From an uncultured Eubacterium sp. (lineage in GTDB: Bacteria > Bacillota > Clostridia > Lachnospirales > Lachnospiraceae): DNA of 64,000 nt. Positions 19,039 to 27,386 of this stretch are shown here, piece by piece. Made by a program: the position numbers and the translations under genes. The stretch's first letter is position 1. The number at the start of each line of letters is the position of its first letter. The notes beneath the pieces were generated by a model that saw nothing but the letters and a program-made list of their open reading frames with translations, made no database searches and was not told the origin of the DNA. Location: positions 13,695 through 77,694 of the forward strand of contig CAJTTQ010000001.1 in assembly GCA_910579145.1 (NCBI GenBank), given 5' to 3'.

Positions 19039-21615
19039 ATGAAAAAGAAATGGTATTTACTTTTAGCCGCTGTCGTGACATCCTTTGCATTGGTAGGATG
19101 CGGAGACTCTTCATCTGGTTATAAGGAACTTACTTCCTATACGAATGAGGACAGCCAGACAGTGACGATCCAGAACAACGATCTGGAGCTGACGGTGGAT
19201 AAAGATTCTACGGCTTTTGTATTAAAGAATAAGGCCGAGAACAAAGTGTATATGTCGAATCCTTCACATGAGGATGTGGAAAAATACGCGAAAGCTACAG
19301 GCCAGCTCAAAGATATACTGAGTTCTACGATGATGCTGACCTATTCGAACAGCACGGACACACAAAAAGAGATCAACAACTACAGTGAATCGATCGTAGA
19401 TGGCAACTATGCCATCGAGAAAGTGAGCGATGAGCAGGTTGACGTTCATTACACGATCGGTGATATCGAAAAGCTGTTTGTTTGTCCCCTTGTCATAAAG
19501 GAATCGAGGATGAACGAGTTGCTCGAAAAGATGTCTGAATCCGATCAGAAAGCGATCAAGCGTAATTATGTTTATTATAAGTACGAGGAGTTAGAAGAGG
19601 CGGACGATGATATGGAACTCCAGCTGGCGCTCGAAAAGTTCCCGGATCTGAAAGATGAGCCGGTCTATTATCTGACAGAGAAGATCACGGACTCAAAAGC
19701 AAAAAACCTGGAACGGATGTTTGCAAAGGTGGGATATACCGAGGAAGACCGCAACAAGGACAGCGAGCCGTATAATGTGTCCCGAAACAGCGGTAAGCCG
19801 ATCTTCGATATTACGATCCAGTACATACTGGAAGGATCCGATCTCGTCGTAAAAGTACCGATGGATCAGATCCAGTACAATCCGGATTACCCGATCGTAG
19901 AACTTTCCATTCTTCCGTATATGGGCGCTGCAAATACCGAGGAAAAAGGGTTCATCTTCGTACCGGATGGTACCGGAGGGATCATTAACTTCAATAACGG
20001 TAAGACCGGTCAGCAGACTTATTTGAGTGAAGTGTACGGATGGGATTACGGGATCAGCCGTGATTCTGTCGTAGATGAGACGAAATCGAACTTCCCGCTG
20101 TTTGCGATCTCCAATGAAACGACGGGGAATTCCTTCCTCTGTATTTCCGAAGAGGGAAGTGCTTATTCCAGCGTGAAGGCTGACATTTCGGGCAAGGAAA
20201 ATGGTTATAACTATGGACGTTTTACATATAAAATGATTCATGGTGAGGATATGGATATTTCGGCGAAGTCGGATACGACCGTTCGTTCTTACGAGTCAGA
20301 ACTGCCAAAGGAAAATCTGACGCAGAGATATTTGTTCACGGATAAGATGGATTATGTCGGTCTCGCTACGGATTACCGTCAGTATTTGATGGACCGCTAT
20401 CCAGAACTGACGAAGAAGGAAGACAAGACGGTTCCGATGGCAGTAGAGATGATCGGGGCCGTGGACAATACCGAGCACATACTCGGATATCCGGTTACCC
20501 GCTCGCTGGCGCTGACGACATATTCAGAGGCACAGGATATTTTGAAACAGCTCAAAGGAGCCGGGGTCGAAAACCTGAGCGCGAAATATACCGGCTGGTT
20601 CAACACCGGTGTGAACCAGCAGTCACCGGCTAAGGTGAAACTCGTAGGCAGACTCGGCGGCAAGTCGGATCTGAAGAGCCTCACGGCATATGCCTCGGGT
20701 ACAGGCGGACTTGATCTGTTCATGAACGCGAAGTTCATGTATGTAACGAAGGATAAATTAGGAGATGGGTTTGGCGTGAACCGCGACGCGGCGAAGTTTG
20801 TCAGCCGTGAGATCTGTGAGCTTTACACGCTCGATCCGATCATTTATCAGACAAATGAGGAATATACGCTTTGTGAACTGTATTATCTCGTGAAACCATC
20901 GTATACGATCGCTAACGTGGATAAGTATTTGGATTCCATTTCCAATTACGGGGTTCGCAATATCGGATTTGAGGATGTCGGAAATACACTGGCCGGTGAC
21001 TACAATCCGAAAGATAAGGTTTCAAGGGAAGCTTCCATGAATATGCAGGTGGATAAGCTGAAATCCCTGAAAGAGAGCGGAAGCCTTGTTATGACGACGA
21101 GCGGTAATCAGTACGTGGTTCCGTATTCGGATTATGTGACGGATGTCAACATCGATCCCAAGGCGGTGAACATCATCGATGAATCGGTTCCGTTTTATGC
21201 GATCGCCCTTCACGGACTTGTCAATTTCTCGGGCAGCGCGATCAACCTTTCCGAAGATGAGACCGATATGATCCTGAAATCGGCAGAGACGGGCGCAGGC
21301 TTGTATTATACGTTTATGAACGCTTCGACGAGTGTGCTTCAGGATACGGATTATACGCAGTATTACGCCTGCAGCTTTATGGATTGGAAAGATTCGGCGA
21401 TCGAGCTTTACAACCGCTTTAATACAGAACTCGGCGATGTATACAGCCAGTTTATTTCCTCACATGAGAAACTGGCGAACGGAGTTTATAAGACAACATA
21501 TGAAAGCGGAAAAACAGTACTTGTTAATTATAATTATGCCGATTATGATTATAATGGGACGACTGTTCCGAAGAGAGAGTTTGTCACATTGAAACAGGAG
21601 GTGGACAATAAATGA
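19039..21615 (+). CDS. Large lipoprotein, DUF5696-like (possible glycoside-hydrolase-like fold)
   Basis: Lipobox FALVGC; ILPYMGAA..GFIFVPDGTGGIINFNNGK; LTTYSEAQDIL..YTGW; VPFYAIALHG; LVNYN; recognised from motifs and context. Alternative start 19030. Confidence 0.75.
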   Translation: MKKKWYLLLAAVVTSFALVGCGDSSSGYKELTSYTNEDSQTVTIQNNDLELTVDKDSTAFVLKNKAENKVYMSNPSHEDVEKYAKATGQLKDILSSTMMLTYSNSTDTQKEINNYSESIVDGNYAIEKVSDEQVDVHYTIGDIEKLFVCPLVIKESRMNELLEKMSESDQKAIKRNYVYYKYEELEEADDDMELQLALEKFPDLKDEPVYYLTEKITDSKAKNLERMFAKVGYTEEDRNKDSEPYNVSRNSGKPIFDITIQYILEGSDLVVKVPMDQIQYNPDYPIVELSILPYMGAANTEEKGFIFVPDGTGGIINFNNGKTGQQTYLSEVYGWDYGISRDSVVDETKSNFPLFAISNETTGNSFLCISEEGSAYSSVKADISGKENGYNYGRFTYKMIHGEDMDISAKSDTTVRSYESELPKENLTQRYLFTDKMDYVGLATDYRQYLMDRYPELTKKEDKTVPMAVEMIGAVDNTEHILGYPVTRSLALTTYSEAQDILKQLKGAGVENLSAKYTGWFNTGVNQQSPAKVKLVGRLGGKSDLKSLTAYASGTGGLDLFMNAKFMYVTKDKLGDGFGVNRDAAKFVSREICELYTLDPIIYQTNEEYTLCELYYLVKPSYTIANVDKYLDSISNYGVRNIGFEDVGNTLAGDYNPKDKVSREASMNMQVDKLKSLKESGSLVMTTSGNQYVVPYSDYVTDVNIDPKAVNIIDESVPFYAIALHGLVNFSGSAINLSEDETDMILKSAETGAGLYYTFMNASTSVLQDTDYTQYYACSFMDWKDSAIELYNRFNTELGDVYSQFISSHEKLANGVYKTTYESGKTVLVNYNYADYDYNGTTVPKREFVTLKQEVDNK

Positions 21616-22526
21616 AAAAGCAAAGGAAGAAAAAGACTCTGGCATTTAAAAATGCGGTAGCGGGATATTTGTTTATTGCTCCATTTATCCTGGGATTTAT
21701 CCTGTTTATGGTCGTTCCACTGGGACAGTCGCTTTTGATGACATTTAATGAGGTTGTTCCGATGTCAGATGGTACCGGGTTTTCGATGTCATGGGCGGGG
21801 ATCAAAAACTATAAGGATGCCTTTACGGTAGATCCAGAATTTGTTCCTTTTCTGATCTCCGAGGTTACGACGATGCTCGTCAACACACCGGCGACACTCA
21901 TATTCAGTTTTTTCATCGCGCTGTTGCTGAATCAGAACTTCAAAGGAAGAGGCGCGGTACGTGCGATCTTCTTCCTTCCGGTGATCCTTTCATCGGGTGT
22001 CATCGTCGGTGTGGAGTATAACAATGCCCTGCTTCAGGACATGAAAGAGGTGATCGCGGACACGTCTAACGACGCCAGTATCACCGGCGTGCTCGAGAAG
22101 ATCCTGGTCACGTCCGACAGCAGTCCGATTTCCATGATGTTTTGGTATGTGTTTGACATAATCAACAAAGTATATGACATTGCGATTGCTTCTGGTATCC
22201 AGATCATCATGTTCCTTTCGGCGCTGCAGACGATTTCACCAAGCATGTTTGAAGCAGCGAAGATTGAGGGATGTACGGCATGGGAAAGTTTTTGGAAGAT
22301 CACGTTCCCTATGGTCAGCTCTATGATACTCGTAAACGTAGTATATACCGTAATCGATTTCTTCTTAAAGACGGACAATACGGTCATGACGAAGATTTCC
22401 GAAGAGGTAGGAAAGTTGAATTATGGATTTAGTTCGGCGATGGCTTGGGTATACTTCTTATGCGTAATTGTTATCCTTGGTGTTGTTTCGCTGATTATTT
22501 CTAAGAGGGTGTACTATTATGAATAA
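21612..22526 (+). CDS. Carbohydrate ABC transporter permease (second MalF-like)
   Basis: GYLFIAPFILG; RAIFFLPVI; LQTISPSMFEAAKIEGC. Confidence 0.93.
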   Translation: MKKQRKKKTLAFKNAVAGYLFIAPFILGFILFMVVPLGQSLLMTFNEVVPMSDGTGFSMSWAGIKNYKDAFTVDPEFVPFLISEVTTMLVNTPATLIFSFFIALLLNQNFKGRGAVRAIFFLPVILSSGVIVGVEYNNALLQDMKEVIADTSNDASITGVLEKILVTSDSSPISMMFWYVFDIINKVYDIAIASGIQIIMFLSALQTISPSMFEAAKIEGCTAWESFWKITFPMVSSMILVNVVYTVIDFFLKTDNTVMTKISEEVGKLNYGFSSAMAWVYFLCVIVILGVVSLIISKRVYYYE

Positions 22527-23517
22527 AAAGAAAAAATTTAGAACCTTTATCGAACGAAACAAAAAATCCAACGGGTACTTATTGAGAAAGACATCTTTTA
22601 ACGTGTTTTATAAGATTGTGCGTGCCGTCTTACTGTTTGGATTATGTTTCATGATTTTGCAGCCGTTGTTAAACAAGGTTTCATTGAGTTTCATGGAAGA
22701 GCGGGACTTATATGATTCCACGATCGTAGCGATCCCGCGGCATTTTACGACGAGCAACTATAAGATCGCTGCCTATCTGATGAAGTATTGGCAGTCGCTG
22801 ATGAATACAGCGTTGATCTCACTGTTAGTCAGTGTGCTTCAGATCATTTCATGTACATTGGTGGGATATGGCTTTGCCAGATACAAATTCCCGTTGAAGG
22901 GACTGTGGTTCGGAGCTGTGATCCTTGTGATCCTCGTACCGCCTTCTACGATCCAGTCATCGTTGTACTTGAATTTCTGTTACTTTGATATTTTTGGTAT
23001 CTTTGCCCTGTTTAACGGCGGGAAGCCGTTAAACCTATTGAACTCAGCTACGCCGTACGCGCTCATGTGCCTCGGATGTATGGGATTGAAGAGCGGTCTG
23101 TATATCTACATGATTCGCCAGTTCTTCCGCGGCATTCCGAAGGAGTTAGAAGAGGCAGCTTACGTCGATGGATGTGGAAAGGTGGCTACATTTGTTAAGA
23201 TCATGCTGCCGGACGCAAAGCCGATCATTACATCATGTTTCCTGTTCGCGTATGTGTGGCAGTGGACAGATTCGTTTTATTCCAATCTGTTCCTGAGCCA
23301 GGAGTTTGCTCTTTTGTCAAATAAGCTGGCGAATCTGGCGGGGGCGCTGGACAGCTACCTGGATGTGCGCGGTATCGCGAAAAAGGCGACGACAGCCTAT
23401 TCACAGGGGATGATCGCCACGGGTACGCTGATGGTCATCATACCACTTATCATTTTATATCTGTTCGCGCAGAAAGGATTTGTGGAGAGTTTGAGCCAGA
23501 GTGGTATTAAGATGTAG
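22519..23517 (+). CDS. Carbohydrate ABC transporter permease (second MalG-like)
   Basis: GYGFARYKFP; RQFFRGIPKELEEAAYVDGC; SGIKM end. Confidence 0.93.
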   Translation: MNKKKKFRTFIERNKKSNGYLLRKTSFNVFYKIVRAVLLFGLCFMILQPLLNKVSLSFMEERDLYDSTIVAIPRHFTTSNYKIAAYLMKYWQSLMNTALISLLVSVLQIISCTLVGYGFARYKFPLKGLWFGAVILVILVPPSTIQSSLYLNFCYFDIFGIFALFNGGKPLNLLNSATPYALMCLGCMGLKSGLYIYMIRQFFRGIPKELEEAAYVDGCGKVATFVKIMLPDAKPIITSCFLFAYVWQWTDSFYSNLFLSQEFALLSNKLANLAGALDSYLDVRGIAKKATTAYSQGMIATGTLMVIIPLIILYLFAQKGFVESLSQSGIKM

Positions 23518-23530
23518 CAAGTACGATGAA

Positions 23531-23563
23531 GTTATCACCCTGTCTGTCTGGGCAGGGTGTAAC
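23531..23563 (+). promoter_or_regulatory. Intergenic stem-loop without U tract, upstream of the second SBP gene
   Basis: CACCCTGTCT-GTCT-GGGCAGGGTG (23536-23559), extendable by GTTA/TAAC. Confidence 0.6.
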
Positions 23564-23593
23564 GATAAATAAATTAAAGGAGGTTAACAAATT

Positions 23594-25039
23594 ATGAGAT
23601 TGAGCACAAAAAAAATGATTGCCATGGGTCTTGCAGTTGTTTTGACTGTTGGTTCTCTGACAGGATGTGGAGATACACCGGAGTCAAACAATGGAGAAGG
23701 AAACGCGAATGCAACGGCAGCGCCAAGTGGTGAAGAAGGTCAGGGAAGTTCAACAGGGAAGAAGACATTTGATGATCTGGGAGGTATGACGATCACGATC
23801 GGTGACTGGTATACTTCTGAGGAGGTAGGAGAGTCGGACTTTGCGAAGGCGACGGAGGACTACCGCAAGGAGATCCAGGAGAAGTATAATTTCAACATCG
23901 CCCGTAAGACGATGTATTCCTATACGGATCAGCAGGAGACATACGTAAATGGCGTTATGTCGAACAGTCCGAGCTGTCAGTTGTTTTATCTGTATCAGGA
24001 GTTCGTTTCGGCTCCGCTCATGAAAGGTCTGATGTATAACCTGAAAGATCTTCCGGAACTGGATTTCGCAGAGGAAAAATGGAATCCTACCGTAACGGAA
24101 ATTATGAGCATTGGTAATGGAATCTGGGGTATGAATCCAGAGTCAGAGCCTCGCGGAGGTTTGTTCTTTAATAAGCGTATGTTGAAAGAAGCCGGTATTC
24201 CAGAAGATGAGCCATATGATCTTCAGGCGAGCGGCGACTGGACATGGAGCAAATTTGAAGAGTATTGTAAGAAGCTCACGATCGACGCAGATGGCGACGG
24301 TAAAACGGACCGTTACGCACTTGCCAGCTTCTCGAAGTATTATCTTCCGATGTGTGCTGCCAACAACAACGCGACGTTTGTATCACGTAACGACAAAGGT
24401 GAGTATGAGAACGCAACGGGAACGCCAGAATTCCTCGAAGCTATGAACTGGGGCATGGATATTTACGACAAAGGTTATATCATGCCGAAACCAGACGGAG
24501 CTGCATGGGATTGGTATAAAGCAGCATTCCGTGATGGTGAAGTTGCGATGCAGACAGCAGAGGTTTATGAGATCAACGCATTCTCTAATATGGAAGACGA
24601 CTGGGGATTTGTTATGTTCCCGTACAATGAAAAAGTGGAGGGAGCCACAAACAAGACAACGCCGAACGACAATATTATTGTAATGCCGAGCTGCTTCGAC
24701 CAGGATACAGCTGAAAAGATCGCGTTTGCTTATGACCTCTACACAGAGGCAACTCCAGGTTTTGAGTTAGATGATGCGTGGAAAGAGACATACTATGAGC
24801 AGTTTAAAGATGAGCGTGCGGTAGATGAGACACTTCAGATGATGACAGAAGTAGAGCATAAGCAGACATCTTTCCTGCCAATGATCAGTGATCTGGATTA
24901 TGGTGATTTCTGCTACTCTGTATATGCAGGTGCGAAAAAACCTCAGCAGCAGATTGAGGCCATTTCCTCAAAATGGGACAGCAAGATTAGTGATATGAAT
25001 AAGAAATATGCAAACTTTGCTGCTTCTCATTCAAAATAA
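23594..25039 (+). CDS. Carbohydrate ABC transporter substrate-binding lipoprotein
   Basis: Lipobox SLTGC; flexible linker; LFFNKRML, WTWSKF, DADGDGKTD, DDWGFVMFP. Confidence 0.92.
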   Translation: MRLSTKKMIAMGLAVVLTVGSLTGCGDTPESNNGEGNANATAAPSGEEGQGSSTGKKTFDDLGGMTITIGDWYTSEEVGESDFAKATEDYRKEIQEKYNFNIARKTMYSYTDQQETYVNGVMSNSPSCQLFYLYQEFVSAPLMKGLMYNLKDLPELDFAEEKWNPTVTEIMSIGNGIWGMNPESEPRGGLFFNKRMLKEAGIPEDEPYDLQASGDWTWSKFEEYCKKLTIDADGDGKTDRYALASFSKYYLPMCAANNNATFVSRNDKGEYENATGTPEFLEAMNWGMDIYDKGYIMPKPDGAAWDWYKAAFRDGEVAMQTAEVYEINAFSNMEDDWGFVMFPYNEKVEGATNKTTPNDNIIVMPSCFDQDTAEKIAFAYDLYTEATPGFELDDAWKETYYEQFKDERAVDETLQMMTEVEHKQTSFLPMISDLDYGDFCYSVYAGAKKPQQQIEAISSKWDSKISDMNKKYANFAASHSK

Positions 25040-25074
25040 TCCATTGTTCATGCAGTGGATCATGAAGTAGTGTG

Positions 25075-25126
25075 ACAAAGGGCTGTTCAGAATAAACGAT
25101 ACGTTTGTTTTGTTCAGCCCTGTTTT
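25075..25126 (+). terminator. Long hairpin/terminator after the second SBP gene
   Basis: AGGGCTG..CAGAATAAACG-ATA-CGTTTGTTTTG..CAGCCCT followed by GTTTT. Confidence 0.65.
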
Positions 25127-25175
25127 AAATGAAACGGAATTTGTGCAGCGTTCATGCACGGGAATGGAGGATTGG

Positions 25176-27314
25176 ATGAAAACGTTTGAAGAGAGAGCGG
25201 AGGCCCTTGTAGCGGAGATGACATTGGAGGAGAAGGTGTACCAGACCCTTCACGGGGCTCCATCCATCGACAGACTGGGCGTGAAAGCCTATAACTACTG
25301 GAACGAGGCGCTTCACGGCGTGGCGAGGGCGGGTACGGCGACCGTGTTCCCACAGGCGATCGGCCTGGCCGCCACATTTGATGAGGATTTTATGGAAGAA
25401 ATTGCGGAGGCTGTTTCCGACGAAGGCCGCGCGAAGTTCAATGTGCAGCAAAAGTACGGTGATTACGACATTTATAAAGGACTTACCTTTTGGTCTCCCA
25501 ATGTCAATATTTTCCGCGATCCCAGATGGGGCCGGGGACATGAAACTTTTGGCGAGGATCCGTACCTGACTTCGAGGCTGGGCGTCAGATTTATCGAGGG
25601 AATGCAGGGGAACGACGAAACGTATATGAAAGTCGCTGCCTGCGCGAAGCACTTTGCCGTGCATTCCGGCCCGGAGGACGAGCGGCACAGCTTTAACGCG
25701 GTCGTGAGTGAACAGGATCTGCGGGAAACATATCTGCCTGCGTTTAAGGCATGTGTCAAAGAGGCGGGTGTGGAAGTGGTCATGGGCGCGTATAACCGCA
25801 CGAATGACGAGCCGTGCTGCGGCAGCAAACGGCTGCTCGAGGATATCCTCCGCGGCGAGTGGCAATTCAAAGGGCATGTCACGTCCGACTGCTGGGCGAT
25901 CAAAGATTTCCATGAATATCATATGGTTACATCTACTCCGGTAGAAAGCGTCGCCCTGGCGATGAACCGCGGATGTGACCTCAACTGCGGAAACATTTAC
26001 GGCAATCTGTTAAAGGCGGTGGAAGACGGTCTGGTCGAGGAGGAGACGATCACCCGCGCGGTCGTGCGTCTGCTTACGACCCGTATGAAGCTCGGCCTGT
26101 TTGATCCGCAGGACAAAGTGCCGTTTAACGCCATTGATTACGGGGTGGTTGACTGTGAGAAGCACAGAAAGCTAAATGAGAGAGCGGCGAAAAAGAGCGC
26201 TGTCCTTTTGAAAAATGAAGATGCGCTGCTTCCTTTGGACAAGAAGGCGTACCGGACGATCGGCGTCATCGGGCCGAATGCGAACAACCGGAAAGCGCTG
26301 GTCGGAAACTACGAGGGGACCGCGTCTGAGTACATAACGATCCTGGAAGGGATCCAGGCATATGTCGGCGATGAGGTACGCGTGCTGTACTCCGAGGGGT
26401 GCCATCTATGCAAAGACCGGATCCAGGGACTGTCACAGGGAAATGACAGGATGTCGGAAGTCCGGGCGGTGGCGGACGCGTCGGATGTTATCATCGCCTG
26501 CATGGGGCTGGATGCCAGCTTAGAGGGTGAAGAGGGCGACGAAGGAAATGAATTTGCCAGCGGAGACAAGCCGGGACTGAATCTGCCGGGCCTTCAGGAA
26601 GAGGTGCTGGAAGAACTGGTGAAATCAGGCAAGCCGGTCGTTCTCGTGCTGTTATCGGGAAGCGCTCTGGCCGTACCGTACGCGGATGCGCACATTCCCG
26701 CGATCCTGCAGGGATGGTATCCGGGAGCGAGAGGCGGGAAAGCGATCGCGGATATTCTGTTTGGAGAAGCTTCCCCGGAGGGCAAACTACCGGTGACGTT
26801 CTACCGCACGACAGAAGAACTTCCAGATTTTAAGGACTATTCCATGAAAAACCGCACCTACCGTTATATGAAGCAGGAGGCGTTGTATCCGTTTGGGTAC
26901 GGGTTGAGTTATACGGAGTTTGAAATCACAGATTCGAACATTTCTGCGGAAACGATCGAAAAAGGCGGTCAGGTCACGGTTATGGCGACGCTGAAAAATA
27001 CAGGAAAAATGGAAGGGGCGGAGACGGTACAGGTATATATCCACGCCTGCACAGAAGACGCGCCGAATTTCCAGTTGAAGGCACTGAAAAAGGTTACGCT
27101 CGGACCGGGCGGGGAGCAGGTGGTGAGCCTGACACTGACGGATGAGGATTTCGGCTTGTATAACGAGGACGGCGCGAAGGTTTTGAACGCCTGTGACTAC
27201 GAGGTGTATGTCGGCACGAGCCAGCCGGATGCGCGGAGCGCGGAACTTCTCGGCAGGAAACCGGTGAAGCATATCGTCAGACATGAAGGTGAGCCGGTAG
27301 TTCTGCCGGAGTGA
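25176..27314 (+). CDS. GH3 beta-xylosidase, cytoplasmic
   Basis: WNEALHGVARAG, WSPNVNIFRDPRWGRGHETFGEDP, KHFAVHSGPE, VTSDCWAI nucleophile motif, LEGEEGD, YPFGYGLSYT; no signal peptide. Confidence 0.93.
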   Translation: MKTFEERAEALVAEMTLEEKVYQTLHGAPSIDRLGVKAYNYWNEALHGVARAGTATVFPQAIGLAATFDEDFMEEIAEAVSDEGRAKFNVQQKYGDYDIYKGLTFWSPNVNIFRDPRWGRGHETFGEDPYLTSRLGVRFIEGMQGNDETYMKVAACAKHFAVHSGPEDERHSFNAVVSEQDLRETYLPAFKACVKEAGVEVVMGAYNRTNDEPCCGSKRLLEDILRGEWQFKGHVTSDCWAIKDFHEYHMVTSTPVESVALAMNRGCDLNCGNIYGNLLKAVEDGLVEEETITRAVVRLLTTRMKLGLFDPQDKVPFNAIDYGVVDCEKHRKLNERAAKKSAVLLKNEDALLPLDKKAYRTIGVIGPNANNRKALVGNYEGTASEYITILEGIQAYVGDEVRVLYSEGCHLCKDRIQGLSQGNDRMSEVRAVADASDVIIACMGLDASLEGEEGDEGNEFASGDKPGLNLPGLQEEVLEELVKSGKPVVLVLLSGSALAVPYADAHIPAILQGWYPGARGGKAIADILFGEASPEGKLPVTFYRTTEELPDFKDYSMKNRTYRYMKQEALYPFGYGLSYTEFEITDSNISAETIEKGGQVTVMATLKNTGKMEGAETVQVYIHACTEDAPNFQLKALKKVTLGPGGEQVVSLTLTDEDFGLYNEDGAKVLNACDYEVYVGTSQPDARSAELLGRKPVKHIVRHEGEPVVLPE

Positions 27315-27386
27315 CGCGAAGCAAAGGCACGCAAAACGGCGGCGGACCGGGGTGACGGCCTCTCCGCTGGAAAAATGGGGGAAACG

